A DNA stretch of 64,000 bases from assembly GCA_964019335.1 (NCBI GenBank), contig OZ025758.1, positions 62,001 to 126,000 of the forward strand. Reading direction: 5' to 3'. This stretch comes from Diplonema japonicum. Its lineage: Eukaryota; Protista; Euglenozoa: Diplonemea. The notes beneath the pieces are model-generated. The model did no database searches. It was not told where the DNA came from and saw only the letters and a list, made by a program, of their open reading frames with translations. Made by a program: the position numbers and the translations under genes. Of this stretch, positions 23,001 through 38,000 are shown in pieces (position 1 is the stretch's first letter; each line of letters opens with the position of its first letter).

Positions 23001-26000
23001 GTGTGGGTGTCGAAGGGGCGCACCACCGCGCCGAACACCTGCACCTGCGCCTGGTCCAGCTCCGCCCGCACCTTCTTGTACTGGTCCTTGTCGTCCAGCT
23101 CCCCGTCCGTCACGATGATCAGCACCCTCCTCCTCCCGTCAACGGGGCTCGTCCTGAAGAGGCTCACCGCCTTCTCCATCCCCGCCAACAGGTAGGTCAT
23201 CTGCGGGGTCGGCTGCGTCAAGAGGCTGCCCCCCATGAAGTTGTCCTCCAGGAAGGTGAGGTCCTTCTCCACCTCCTCGAGGGAGCCGGTGAGGCGGCCC
23301 TCGCTCGTCCCGGGACCCGTCGGGGTCAAGGCCTGCCTGCTGTCGCCCGCCGCCCACAGCTCGCTCCCCGCGAACTGCACGAAGGCGAGGCGCACCGTCT
23401 GCGAGTCGGCCGCGGGGGTCGCCACCGACCCCGCGTCCCCGCTCAGCGGCAGGGACTGCGCCCAGTCGCGCACAACCTCGATCAAGGCGTAGAAGCCCTG
23501 CGGGTGCCTTCCGAACTTCCTCCCCATCGACACCCCGCCGTCCAGGAGCACCACCACGTCCAGCGTGGGGCACGTCCCGTAGCGCTGGAAGGTGCAGTGC
23601 GATTTCCCCGAGGCCGTGCTGTAGTAGCAGTCCGGGTCCGCCTCGCACGCGCACTTGTCCGTCAGCTTGTTGCAGTCCTTCTCCACGCACCTGTTCTTCC
23701 CCTGCTCCCACATGCACGACCTCTCGTTGTCGCAGTTCGTCTGGTCGAACTTCCTGCACGGTCCCACGCTGCAGATCGCGGGCGACTGCTTCACGTTCCA
23801 GTGGCACCCCGCCAGCTCCTCGTTGTGGTTGCAGCACCTCTCGTCCGCGAACGACACGCAGGGCCTCACCTCGCACCGCTGCGTCGTGTTCCCCCACTCA
23901 CACCTCGCGTCCGCGGAGCAGGCTCCCGCCTCCGAATACTGGCACGGCTTCGGCACGCACACCGCGGGGATCCCCGTCGCCACGCACGCCGTGTCCCACT
24001 CGCACCCTCCGTCCGCGTTGCAGGCTCCCTCCTCCGTGTGTTGGCACGGCTTCTCCTGGCAGCTCCCGTCCTTCGACAACCACTCGCAATCGTAGGTCGA
24101 GTCGGCGGTGCAGCTGTTCTCGTCCGGGTAGTTGCACGGCTTGTCCACGCACTTGGCGTCCCTCCAGGCGCACGTCCCGTCCGCGTTGCAGCTCGGCTCC
24201 GCCGCGTGCGTCTGGCACCCCTCCTCCTTGTAGCACACGCTCTCGTCCCCCTTCCAGAAGCACTTGTTCGACGTGTCCGCCTTGCAGAGGTCCTCCGCGC
24301 AGTGCTTGATGCACGGGGTGTCCACGCACGCCGCCAGCACGTCCCTGAACACGCAGCCGGAGTCGCCGTTGCACGGGTCCTTCTCCTTGTAGTTCCCGCA
24401 CGGCCTGTGCACCCCGGCCTGTTGGCTTGTCGCCTCCACAATGTACTTCCCCCACATGCTCGAGGGGTCGCACAGCCCGTCCAGCGTGTCCGAGATCTCG
24501 TCCAGGAGGAGGTTGTAGTAGTGCTCCGCGTGCGGCTTCGAGGTGATCGGCTTCAGCGTCGCCTCCGCGTCCTTGTCCGTTTGGGTGTGCGTGTTGAAAC
24601 GCCTCACCACGATCCCGAAGGTCATCACCTGCTCCTGCTCCAGCCTCTTCCGCGCGTCCACGAGCTTGTCCGCGTCCTGCACCATCCCGTCGGTGAAGAT
24701 CAAGAGCACCCTCTTCCTCCCGTCCTTCGGCGACGCCTGGAACATGTCCGCCGACACGTCCAGCGCCGCAGCGAGGTACGTCCCTCCCTCCATGAAGTTC
24801 GTCTCCTGCCACACCAGGTCCGCCTTCAGCTCCGCCCCGTCGCCGGTCAGCCTGCCCCCGCTCCCTGTCCCGGTGGGGGTCTTCTGCGCCCCGTCCACGA
24901 GGTCCGTTCCGGGGATCTTGATCGCAGGCTTCCCGCTGAACTGCACCACCCCGACCCTGGTCTTCCCGCTGCTGCCGGCCTTCGTCGTCGGTTCCCCGGC
25001 CTTCTCCCCGCTCAGGGTGAGCTTCCCGGTCCACCCCTTCAACACCTCCATGAGCCCGTAGAAGCCGTGCGGGTGGCGCCCGAAGGTCTGCGTCATCGAC
25101 GCCGACCCGTCCACCGCGAGCACCACGTCCAGGGTCGGGCACTCCCCGAACTTCCCGGTCTTGCACACCCCCTTGTCCCAGAAGCAGTCCGAGTCCTTGT
25201 GGCACCTGCAGGTGTCGTTCTGGAACGCCTCGCAGTCCTTGTCCACACACTTCTTCTCCATCTTGTCCCACATGCACAGCCCGTCTCCGTCGCACGCGTT
25301 CTCCTCCCCAGCGTACCTCTCGCAGTACTTCGGCTCGCACTCTGTCGTCCAGTCGCACCCGCTGTCCAGCTTGCACTCGATCTCGCTCAGGTACTCCTTG
25401 CACGGAAGCGGGGTGCACTCGTTCGTGTTGTTCGACGACGACTTCTTCCACTCGCACATCCCGGGCTCCACCGTCTCGCACGCCGTCTGGTTCTTGTACG
25501 CGCACAGCTTCGGCACGCACTCGGGCACGAGCGGCTTCCACTCGCAGTCCGTGTCCAGCTCGCACTGGTCCAGGTTGTCGTAGTTGCACGGCTTCTTCTC
25601 GCAGGTCGCCTTGATGTTGTTCCACACACAGGTGTCGGGGTCCGCCACGCACCCTTGCTCCGTGTCGTGCTTGCACTTCTTCCCGATGCACGACCCTGTG
25701 TTGTCGATCTCGCACTCGAAGTCCGCCTCGCACGCCGCCACGTCCACGTGCTTGCAGATCTCCTCCTTCTCGCACGCCGACCCGCTCCACACGCACCTGT
25801 TCATGAAGTCCGCCTTGCACACAGGCTCCGAGCAGTGCGTCAGGCACGGGGAGTCTCCGCAGGACAGGGTGCTGTCGAACCACACACAACCCGCGTCCTT
25901 GTTGCACACCAGCTTCTCTGCGTGCAGGTTGCAAGGCTTGTGTTGTTGTTGTTGTGCTGTCTCAGCCACGTACTTCCCCCATTCACTGTTGGGGTCGCAC

Positions 26001-29000
26001 AACCCGTTCAGAGAGGTCGCAAGCTGGTCCACCTCCACGCTCACGAAGTGGTTCTTCTTCGGGTCCGACACCACCTGCTTCAGGTCCGCCTCCGCCTGCA
26101 GGTCGTCCGCGGTTTGCGAGGTCAACGGGCGCACCGAGGCTCCGAACACCACCACCTGCGATGCAGAGAGCTCTGCCAGCACAGTCTGGTACTTGTCCTT
26201 GTCCGCAAGAGGGCTGTCCGCCACGATGATCAGCACCCTCCTCCTCCCGTCAACGGGGCTTGTCTTGAAGAGGCTCGCAGCCTTCAGCATCCCCGCCAGC
26301 AGGTAGGTCGTCTGCGGAGCAGGCTGCCTCGCTGCGTTGCTCCCCATGAAGTTGTCCTCCAGGAAGGTGAGGTCCTTCCCTATCTCCTCGAGGGAGCCGG
26401 TGAGGCGGCCCTCGCTCGTCCCGTAACCGGTCGCCGACAAGGCCTGCTTCGCGTCGTTCGCAGGCCACAGCTCGCTCCCCGCGAACTGCACGAAGGCGAG
26501 GCGCACCGTTTGTGTGTTCGCCGCCGGCGGCGTCGCTGCCGCGTCCTTGCTCAGAGGAAGCGTTTTCGCCCAGTCGCGCACAACCTCGATCAAGGCGTAG
26601 AAGCCCTGCGGGTGCCTTCCGAACTTCCTCCCCATCGACACCCCGCCGTCCAGGAGCACCACCACGTCCAGCGTGGGGCACGTCCCGTAGCGCTGGAAGG
26701 TGCAGTGCGGGTCCCCGCCCTTTGCCACGAAGTAGCAGTCCGGGTCCGCCTCGCACGCGCACTTGTCGGGGTGCTCGCTGCACCTCTTCTCCAAGCAGGT
26801 GGCGGAGCTCGGTTCCCACATGCAGCCCCTGTCCGCTCCGCACGTCCCCTCCGACTTCAGCTTCCTGCAGGGGAGCTCGGAGCACACCGACGGCGCCTGC
26901 TTCACGTCCCAGTGGCATCCGTGGTCGCTGTTGCAGCACTTCTCGTCCGGGTAGTGCGCGCACGTCGCGACAGAGCAGCCTCCGTCCCACGTGCACACCA
27001 CGTCCTGCTTGCAGGCGGTCTCGTTCGTGTGCGTGCACGGTTTCACGATGCACATCTGGTCCTCAGGCTTCGCGCACGCTGCCTCCCACATGCAGCCCGC
27101 GTCGGCGTTGCAGTCCGCGCTGGTGTTGTACACGCAAGGCTTCTCCTTGCACTCCTTCTTCACCGTCGACCACACGCAGTCGTACGTTGCGTCCGCGATA
27201 CAGCTCTTCTCGTCCGGGTAGGTGCACGGGGTCTCCACGCACTCCGTCTTCTTCGCGTCCCACACGCACTCCGCGTCTCCGTTGCAGGCCGTCGCCTCCG
27301 TGTACTTGCACACCTCCTTCTTGAAGCACTCCTCGACCGTCGCGTCCCACTGGCACGCCGCCGCCTTCTCCGCCTCGCACTTCGGCTGGTCGCAGTGCGC
27401 CACGCACACCGACTCCAGACACGCCGTCAGCGCCTCCGACCACGTGCACCCGCGGTCCGCCACGCACCCCGTCTTCGTCACGGAGTTCGCGCAGGGCTGG
27501 TGCACCCCGCTCGCCGCGGCGTGCTGGTGCTGCGTCGGGTCCACCACGAGGTGGCCCCACAACCCGTTCGGGTCGCACAGCCCGTTCAGCGCCTTCTCCG
27601 GGATCTCCTCGATCTCCAGGTTCATGAAGTGCTCGTCCTTCGGGAGCGACACCAGGGGCTTCAGCGTCGCCTCCGCGTCCATGTCCGTCTGCGTGTGCTG
27701 CGTGAACCTCCTCACCACGATCCCGAAGGTCTGCACCGACAGCCCGTCCAGCTCCTGCCTGGCCTGTGCCATGATGTCCTTGTCCGCCCCCGCGTCCTGG
27801 ATCATCCCGTCCGTGATCACGATCAGGACGCGCTGCCTCCCGTCCACGGGGGACGACGTCGTGAAGACGGTGGCCGCCCTCTTCAGCCCCTTCGCAACGT
27901 ACGTCCCGGCCTCGAGGTAGTTGCTCTCGTGCCAGTCCACGTCCGACTTCAGCTCCGACGCAACCCCGGAGAGGCGGCCCGCCGTCCCGACCCCGACGGG
28001 GCTCACCGCCACCGAGTCTACCACTGGGCCGCTCCACGTGTTCGGGGGGCTGAAGAACTGCTGCCTCCCCGAGAACTGCACCACCGCAACCCTCACCTTC
28101 CCGGTCCCTGCCTGCGACGCTGCCCCGACGGACGCAGCCTCCCCGTTCAAAGGAAGCTTCTTCATCCAGTCACCGAGCATCTCCATCAGGGCGAAGAAGC
28201 CGTGGGGGTGGTGCCCGAAGGACTGGCTCATCGATGCAGATCCGTCCACAAGAAGCACCACGTCCATCGTGGGGCACTCTCCGTAGCTGTTCTTCACGCA
28301 CGATCCTGATCCTGATCCTGATCCTGATCCCGCCGAAGACGCCTTCCAGAAACACTTCGGGTCCTCCACGCAAGGGCATTTCGCGAGGTCGTTGCAGTTC
28401 TTCTCCACACACTTCTTCTTCCCGTCGTCCCACATGCAGTCGCTGTCGGCGTTGCAGGTAGGCGTGTCCTTCAACTTCGCGCACGGCTCCTCCACACACA
28501 TCGCGGGCGAGATGGACGGGCTCCAGTGGCACCCCTCCCTCTTGTTGCACGGAAGCTCCTCCATCACCTCGGTGCACGGCTTCTGCACGCAGGTCGTGGT
28601 GTCCACGAGCCAGTCGCAGTACGGGTCCGCCACGCACCCCGCGCGGCTGGTCTCCGTGCACTTCTTCTCGATGCAGCCTCCCGCGTTCACCACCACGGTT
28701 CCGACCGACCCGATGCAGGCCGGGCTGTTGGAAGCGCCTCCCCACTCGCATGCGTAGCCGAGCACAGCCTTCGTGTCGTCCACGGGGTCCACGCTGCTCC
28801 ACTCGCCGTTCGGGAAGAAGTACGCGTCAGCTGCGGCCGCCGAGGGCTGTCCAACCATCCAGTTGTCGTAGCTGCTGATGGGCTGCCCGGCCTCCGGACC
28901 GGTGCTCCACGTCCACGCCCCACCCGCCGCAGACGCACCCATCCAGCCCTCTCCCGCGACCCTGTCCCTCGCCACCTCCGTCTCCTCCGGAGAGGTCACC

Positions 29001-32000
29001 GTCAACAGGTACCCCGCCGTCCCGAGGAACGATTTCTCCGCGCACGCCTGCTTCGCCTTTTCCCAGGTGCACGCCGCGAGCTTCACCCCCCCGGGGCTCT
29101 GGCACGGGGTCTCCGACGCGTAGTAGCGGTAGTAGTGGCCCGTCCTCGCGTCGAACACTCCCTCACCGTAGTTCCAGGTCATGCTCCTCTCCTTCCCAGC
29201 CGCCGAGCTGGTCTTGAAGCTCACCTTCGCCATTGCCTCCGCGAAGGCGGTCAAAGACTTCTCCTGCCCGTCCATCGAGGTCAGCACCAGCGACCCCGTC
29301 GACGCCGACCACTCCGTTTTCATCCCGAGGGCCGGACACTCCGCGCACTCCAGCGTGTCCTTCCCCTTGATGTAGTCGGCGCTGTCGATGCTCACCGCCG
29401 CGCCGTTCACGAGCCCGCCGCACTTCCCGGGGCAGGTCGTCGTCGCCTCGTCACAGGTAAGCGAGGCGAAGGGGAACATCGCCACCCCCTTGCTGTAGGA
29501 CAGGCTGTTGTTCCCGCTGTTCCAGTCGCAGACCGCGTCTCCGGTGCACGCCGCCTCCTCAACGTAGTTGCAAGGCCTCTCCGTGCACTCCTGCTTCAGG
29601 TTGTTCCACACGCACTTGTCGGGGTCTGCGAGGCAGCCCGGCTCCGTGTCGTGCACGCACTTCTTGTCCAAGCAGGTCGTCTTGTTGTCCGACAGCTCGC
29701 ACCCGGGGTTCTGGGGGCACTCCGTCACCGACAGCGAGTCGCACCCGACCTTCGGCTCCTTCTGGCACACTCCCTTCGCCGCCTCCCACATGCAGGTGTT
29801 CGCTGTGTCCGCCTTGCACTCTCCCTCGTCGCAGTGCTGCACGCACGGGGTGTCCGCGCACGACAGGGTCGCGTCGTACCACACGCACCCTGCGTCTGCG
29901 TTGCACTCCCCTGTGAGCACGTGCTGTTTGCACGGCTTGTGGAGCCCGCTGCTGCTGCTGCTGCTGCTGTTTCCGCTCTGCTTCCCCACCACGAGGCTCC
30001 CAAACTTCCCGTTCGGGTCGCAGATGTCTCCGAGCACCATCGTCGGAACCTCGTCGATCATGAGGTTCTGGAAGTGGGCGTCGTGCGGAGAGGACACGAT
30101 GGGCTTCAAGGTCTGCTCCGCGAGGTCGTCGATGGGGGTGTGCGCGTCCGCCCTGCGCACCACCACCCCGAACACCTGCACCTTCTCCTTGTCGAGCTCT
30201 CCGCGGGCCTTCGACAGCGCGTTCGGGTCGAAGATCTGCCCGTCCGTGATGATGATCAGGACGCGCTGCCTCCCGTCGTTCGGGGAGGCCCTGAACATCT
30301 CGGCCACATCGTCCAGCCCCTTCGAGACCATCGTCCCCCCACCGTAGTAGTTGTCCTCTTGCCAGTCGAGGTCCGCGTTCAGCTCGACGAGGTCTCCGCT
30401 CAGGCTTCCGGAGGTTCCGACCCCTGCGGGGGCGCTCTGGGCCTCCGCCTTCCCGGGGTCCGCTCCCCGCGCGTTCTTCCCAGAGAACTGCACGATCCCG
30501 ACGCGCACCTTCCCGCTGTCCGCGGCGGAGTTCACCCCCACGCTCCCCTTCTCTCCGCTCAGGGGCAGCGTCGTCAGCCAGTCCCGCACCATCTCCATCA
30601 TCGCCTCGAACCCGTGCGGGTGCCTCCCGAAGGACTGGCTCATCGACCCGCTTCCGTCCACCAGGAGCACCAGGTCCAGCGTGGGGCACTGCCCGAACTT
30701 GTCGGCGGCGCAGAACTGCTTCGCCCCGTTCCAGAAGCATCCCGTGTCCTTCTTGCACTCGCACTCGCTCAGCTTCCCGCACTCCTTCTCCACGCACTTG
30801 TTCTGCTCGTACACGCACGCGCTGTCGCTGTTGCACTTCGGCTCGTCCTTGTTCATCGTCGCGCAGTAGGTCAAGCTGCACTGCGCCGGCGACACCGAGA
30901 TGTCCCAGTGGCAGTCCCCGTCAGCGTTGCAGCACCTCTCCCCCGAGTGGATCGCGCACGGTTCCTGCGCGCACGCCCCGCCCACCCAGCTGCAGCGGGT
31001 GTCCTTCGTGCACGCCACCTCGTCCGTGAAGACCGTCGCGTCGCAGCTCTTCTTCTGGCACGCACCGCCGCCGACCACCCCGGCGCACGCGTCCCACTCG
31101 CACGCCGCGTCCGAGTTGCAGTCGTCGGGAGCCGTGTGCTTGCAGGGCTTCTCCACGCACGTCTTCTTCCCCGCGAGCCACTCGCACACCGCCGGGTCCG
31201 CCTCGCACTCCACCTCGTTCGGCTGGTTGCACGGGCGCTCCACGCACTTCTTCTTCCTGTCCCAAGCGCACTGCTCGTCCGCGTCGCACGCCGCCTCGTC
31301 GTCTCCGTGCGCGCACAGCGACGCCACCCAGCACGACGGCTCGGTCGTCCCGTTCACCACCTTCCACTCGCAGTGGTTCAGCGTGTCCTTGCTGCACTTC
31401 GGTTCCTCGCAGTGCGCCACACACGGCGAGTCCACGCACGACAGCCCGACGCTGCTCCACACGCAACCGGGGTCGGCCGCGCACCCTGCTTGGTCCAGGT
31501 GCTGCGGGCACGGCATGTGCATCCCCGCTTGCTTTTCCTGCTGCGCCCCCGCGGGCATGAGGAGCTGGCCCCACTTGCTGTTCGGGTCGCAGATCCCGTT
31601 CAGGACCTGCCCGGGCATCTCGTCGATCAGCACGTTCATGAAGTGGTCGTCGTGGTCGTCCGAGGTGATCGGCTTCAGCGCCGCCTCCGCGTCGACGTCG
31701 AGCTTCGTGTGCACCGCCGCCTTTCGCAGGACCACCCCGAAGACCCGCACCCCTTGCGAGGTGAGGAGGGCCGTCGCGGGCGCCAGAGCCGCCGTGTCCT
31801 TGATCGCCCCGTCGGTCACGATCAGCAGCACCTTCTGCCGGGTCGAGGGGGAGAAGGCGAACATCGCCCCCGCCCAGTTCAGCCCGGTCGCGATGAAGGT
31901 GCTTCCCTGGATGTAGTTCGCCTCGTGCCAGTCGATGTCCTCCTGCAGCTCCTTCAGGTCGCCGGTGAGCGAGCCCTCCGACCCCACCCCGAGCGGCGTC

Positions 32001-35000
32001 TTCACCGCCTCCGGCACGGGGCCCGAGAACTGGATCAGTCCCATCCTCAGCCCGCCGTTCGGCGCCGTCGAAGCCTTCCCGACCGTGCGGTCCTCCCCGG
32101 TCAGGGGGAGGGTCATCGCCCAGTCCCGGATCATCTCCATCATCGCGTAGAAGCCGTTCGGGTGCCTCCCGAAGGCCTCGCTCATCGACCCGGACCCGTC
32201 CAGCAGCAGCACCACGTCCAACACGGGGCACTCCCCGAACTTGCTCTCCACGCACTTCGGGCTCGACGCCCGCACGTCCCAGTAGCATCGGTCCTCCGCC
32301 TGGCACTTGCACCTGTCGCCGTCGAACTTCGAGCACTCCTTCTCCACGCACTTCGTCTTCCCAGGCTCCCACATGCACTCGTCCTCGGCGTCGCACTCCA
32401 CAGACCCCTTGAAGGCCCTGCACGGCTTCTCCTTGCACATCGCCGGCGAGCTGCTCACGTCGTACCTGCAGTCCTCGTCCTTCGAGCACTCCTTCTCGTC
32501 CGGGTACAGCACGCACGGCGCGATCACGCAAGGGTCGGTCGTTCCCCCGATCCAGTCGCAGAACGGGTCCGACTCGCACGTCCCCTCCGTGGTGTAGTTG
32601 CACTTCTCCGTCACGCACGCCCCGCCGATCAGGGTCACCTCGTCGCCGCCGCACGCGGGCTTCGACGCCGCCACCACCGTCCCGAAGTTCCACGACAGCT
32701 TCCTCCTCGCCCCGTCCTTCGACGAGGTTGTGAATTCCACGCTCGCCACGATCTCCGCGAGCTTCGCCCCGTCAGCCCCCACTCCTCCCGTCAGCAAGAG
32801 GGTCCCGCTCCCCTCGGTCCAGTTCACCGACACGGGAGGAGAGGAGGAGGAACCGCACGCCCCGCAGGTGAGGGAGTCCTTCCCGCTCACGTAGCCGGAC
32901 CCGATCTTCACAACCGCAGAGGTCTCCGACGCGCACCCGCAGCTCCCCTCACAGGTCGCGTTCGGGAAGGGGTTCAGCGGCATCAGCACCTCGTAGGAGA
33001 CGGCGCCGGTCTTCTTGTTCGACGCCGCTCCCGAGTACACCAGCCACTCGCAGCCCTCCTCCCCCTCGCACTTGCTCTCCGTCGTGTGCTGGCAGGGAAG
33101 CTTCTTGCAGGTCGGGGACGGGAGGAGCGCCCACTCGCACCCGTCGGGGTCCTGTTCGCACGCGGCCTCGTTGTCGTGCACGCACGGCGTCACCGTGCAC
33201 ACCGCCGCCTTCGCCACAGCCTTGTCCGTCGACGGCGGCCCGCACACGCACGTCCAGTCCCCGAGGCTCGTCGCGCTCGTGTCCGGGTCGAAGCAGGTCT
33301 GCGCGCAGTTCAGGGCTCCCCGGCAGTCCGCCACGCACTTCCACCCCTGCTTCTCGCACTCGTCCACCCCGCACTCCGCCGCCTTCCCGGTCGCCGTGTT
33401 CGTCGACGGCGGCGGGCACTTGCACACCCAGTCGCTCTTGCTGGAGGGCGACGTGTCCGGGTCCTCGCAGGTCTGCTGCTTCGCGCTGCAGGTGTCGTTC
33501 GCGCAGGTTCCGCACGCCGAGACGCACTCGTCGAGCACGCACCCCTTCGCCTTCTGCGCCACCGCCCTCCCGCTGCTCGGCGGCGGGCACACGCACTCCC
33601 AGTCCCCGAGCCTGCTGGTGTTCCGGTCCTCGCAGGTCTGCCCCTCCGCGACGCACGTCGCCCCGTGCTCCTCGCACTCGTCGACCGCGCACATCGCCGC
33701 CTGCGCCACCGCCTTCCCGGTCGTCGGCGGCGGGCAGTTGCACACCCAGTCCCCGAGGCTCGTCGACGCCACGTTCGGGTCGAAGCAGGTCTGCTGGCAG
33801 TTCGGGGCCTTCGGGTCCGATCCCTCGCAGTTTGCCGTGCAGTTGTTCTGCGGGAGGTCGCACTCGTCGACGTCGCACTGCGCCACCTTCGCCGTCGCCA
33901 CGTGCGTCGACGGAGGCGGGCACTTGCACATCCAGTCCCCCTTGCTCGCCGTGTCGGGGTCCTCGCACTCCTGCCCCGCCTTGCTGCAGGTGTCGTTCGC
34001 GCAGGTCGCGCAGTTCTGCTCCACGCACTCGTCGAGCAGGCACCGCGCCCCGCGCATCGTCGCGTTCCCGGTCGCCGGTGGCGGGCACTGGCACGTCCAA
34101 TCGTTCAGCTTCTTCAAATCCACGTCGAAGCAGGTCTGCTCCTCCGTGAGGCACACCGCCGCCTTCTCCTCGCACTCGTCGTACTCGCAGTGCACCACGG
34201 GCCCCGCCGTTTGCTTCCCGGTCGCCGGCGAGGGGCACAGACACATCCAGTCCCCCACGCTCCCCGCCGTCGGGTTCGGGTCGTAGCAGGTCTGCCCGCA
34301 GTCCAGCGTCCCGGGGTCGCAGTTCTCCGTGCACTGCCCCGCCTTCTTCGGGTCCTTGCACTCGTCGAGGTCGCACTCCGCCACCTTCGCCGTCGCGCTG
34401 TGGTTCGACGGAGGCGGGCACTTGCACACCCAGTCGCTCGTGCTCGACGGCGCCGTGTTCAGGTCCTCGCACTCCTGCCCCGCGTCGCTGCAGGTGCTGT
34501 TCGCACAGGTCGGGCAGTCTTGGATCACGCACTCGTCGTACACGCACTCCGCGGGCATCGCCGTCGCGTTCCCGGTGCTCGGCGGCTTGCAGCGGCACTC
34601 CCAGTCCCCGACCCTCGTCAGGTCGGGGTCGAAGCAGGTCTGCCCCTGCGCCAAGCAGGTCGCCGCCTTCAGCTCGCACTCGTCCACCTCGCAGGGGGCC
34701 GCCGCCTTCCCCGTCGCCTTCCCGATCATCGGCGGGGGGCACTCGCACTCGAAGTCCGACGGCGTCCCGCACGCCGTGTTCGGGTCGAAGCAGGTCTGGT
34801 TCGCCGCCGCGCACACCGTGTCGCTCAGGCACTCGTCGCAGACGCACGCCGCCGCCGCCTTCGCCGTCGCGGAGTTCGCCCCCGGAGGCTTGCACGTGCA
34901 GGTCCAGTCGCTCAGGCTCGTCGTCGTCGGGTTCGGGTCGTTGCAGGTCTGGTCCGCGTCAGCACAGGTGCTGTTCGCGCACGTCGGGCACGCCTCCACG

Positions 35001-38000
35001 CACTCGTCGAGCGCGCACCCCGCCGCCGCCTGCGCCACAGCCATCCCGGTGCTGGGCGGGGGGCACAGGCACTGCCAGTCCCCGAGCTTCGTCTTGTCCG
35101 GGTCGTTGCACTTCTGCCCCGCCGCCGTGCACGTCGCCCCCTTCTCCAAACACTCGTCCACCTCGCACGAGGCGGGCTTCGCCGTCGCCACCCCGCTCAG
35201 CGGCGCCTTGCACTCGCACACGTAGTCTCCCTTCTTGTCGCAGCTCGTGTCCGGGTCGTAGCAGATCTGGTTCGCCGGCGCGCACACCTGCGTCGCCTCC
35301 TTGCACTCGTCGCACACGCACGTCGCCGGCTTCGCCGTCGCGCTCCCCACCGCCGGCGGCGCGCACGTGCAGATCCAGTCGTTCAGGGAGTGCACGTCGA
35401 TGCTCGGGTCGTGACAGGTCTGCCCCTCGTTCGCGCAGGTCCCCTTCGAGCAGGTCGGGCAGTCCGTCACCACGCACTCGTCGAGCGTGCAGTTCGCGAG
35501 CGCCGTCGTCGCCGGTCCCCCGGTCCACGGGGTCGGGCACTTGCACACCCAGTCCCCGAAGGTGCTCTTGTCGGGGTCCTCGCACAGCTGCCCCTCCGAG
35601 GCGCACAGGTTCCCGGGGCTCGTCTTCGTCTGCGCGCACGTGGGGCACACCTCCACGCACTCGTCGGTCTCGCACACCACGTTCGCGCTCGCCGTGGCGT
35701 TCGCCCCCTTCGTCGGCGGCGCGCACATGCACACCCAGTCCTTCGTGGAGGACGGGCTCGGGTTCGGGTCGTCGCAGAGGTGCCCCGCGTCCGTGCACTT
35801 CAAGGCCTCCGGGTCCGTCTTGCACTCCCCGGGGTACTCGCAGTCCGCAGGCTTCATCACCGCCGACGCCTTCTTCACCGCCGGCGGCACCACGCACCGG
35901 CACTCCCAGTCGTTCCGGCTCCCCAGGGTCGGGTTCGGGTCCACGCACAGCTGCCCCGCGTCCGCGCACTTCGCCTCGTTGTCCGGGATCTTGCACTCGT
36001 CCACCACGCACGGGCTCGCCGCCTTCGCGGTGGCGAACCCGGTCGACGGGGGCGGGCACGTGCAGATCCAGTCGCTCAGGCTCGTCGACGCGATGTTCGG
36101 GTCGTGGCAGGTCTGCCCCTCATTCACACAGGTCTTGTTCGAGCAGGTCGGGCAGTCCGCGACGCACTCGTCGATCACGCAGTCCGCGGCGTTCGCGATC
36201 GCCACCCCGGTCGACGGAGGCGGGCACGTGCAGGTCCAGTCGCTGGTCGAGGTCCCCGCGGTGTTCGGGTCGTGGCAGGTCTGCCCCTTGTCGCTGCAGG
36301 TCGTCTTCGCGCAGGTCGGGCAGGTCTGCACCACGCACTCGTCGAGCTTGCACTCCGCCGGCATCGCCGTCGCCGTCCCGTTCATCGGCGGGCGGCACTT
36401 GCACTGCCAGTCTCCCGCCTTCGACGGGTTCGGGTCCACGCAGTCCTGGTCGTGGTTCGTGCAGGTGTGCTTGTGCAGGTCGCACTCGTCGACCTCGCAC
36501 CCGGGCGTCACGGGCCCGAGCAGCTGCGCCGGCTTCTGCGCCGGCGGCGGGCACGAGCACGTCCAGTCGCTCAGCTTGCTGTGGTCCGGGTCGTTGCAGA
36601 TCTGCGACGCGTTCGAGCAGGTGTTGTCCGAGCAGGTCGGGCACTTCTCGACGCACTCGTCGATGAGGCACGTCGCCTGGTTCGCGATCGCCACCCCCTT
36701 GAACGGAGGCGGGCACGTGCAGGTCCAGTCGCTGGTCGAGGTGCTCGCGATGTTCGGGTCGTTGCAGCTCTGCCCGACCGAGCTGCAGGTGTCGTTCGCG
36801 CAGGTCGGGCAGTCCTGCACCACGCACTCGTCCAGCTGGCAGTGCGCGGGCTGCGCCGTCGCGCTCCCGTTCATCGGAGGCTTGCACTGGCACTGCCAGT
36901 TTCCGGACACCAGCTTGTTCGGGTCCACGCACACCTGCCCCACGTTCAGGCAGATGTCCTTCATCTTGTCGCACTCGTCGACGTCGCAGCTCGCCACCGC
37001 CGCCGTCACGGCGCTCTGCGTCGCCGGAGGCGGGCACGTGCACGTCCAGTCGCTCAGCTTGCTCGTGTCCGGGTCGTGGCAGGTCTGGTTCTTGTCGCTG
37101 CAGGTCGTCCCCGCGCAGGTCGGCCCGGTGCAGGTCGTCGCGCACTCGTCGAGCACGCAGGTCGCCTGGTTCGCGATCGCCACCCCCGTGTACGGCGGCG
37201 GGCACGTGCAGGTCCAGTCCAGGGTCGACAGCACCGACGGGTTCGGGTCGTTGCAGGTCTGCCCCACCGAGCTGCAGGTGTCGTTCGCGCACGTCGCGCA
37301 GTCCTTCACCACGCACTCGTCCAGCTGACAGCTCGCCGCCTGCGCGATCGCCGTCCCGTTCATCGGCGGGGGGCACACGCACTTCCAGTCGTCCGCAACG
37401 AGCTTGTTCGGGTCCTGACAGGTCTGCTTCTGGTTCGTGCAGGTCGTTCCGTGCAGCTTGCACTCGTCGACGTCGCACCCCGGGGTCACGGGCCCCAGCT
37501 TCACCGGCGGCAGCTTCGACGGAGGCGGGCAGCTGCAGGTCCAGTCGCTCAGCTTCGTGAAGTCCGGGTCGTGGCAGATCTGCTTCACCGCGCTGCAGGT
37601 GGTCTTGGCACAGGTCGGCCCCACGCAGGTCGGCGCGCACTCGTCCATCTTGCACGAGGCGGCCGACGCGATCGCCGACCCCTTGTACGGGTCCTTGCAC
37701 AGGCACTTCCAGTCCCCGGTGCTGTGCGCCGCCTTGTTCGGGTCCGTGCAAAGCTGGTTCTCGTCGCTGCAGGTCGTCTTCGCGCAGGTCGGGCAGGTCT
37801 GCACCACGCACTCGTCCAGCTGGCACCACGCCACCTGCGCCGTCGCGCTCCCGTTCGTCGGAGGCTTGCACTTGCACATCCAGTCCCCGAGCTTCGCCGG
37901 GTTCGGGTCCAAGCAGGTCTGGTCCGCGTTCTCGCAGGTCGACTTGTGCAGCTTGCACTCGTCGACGTCGCAGCTCGGCACCGCCGCCGTCAGCATGCTC

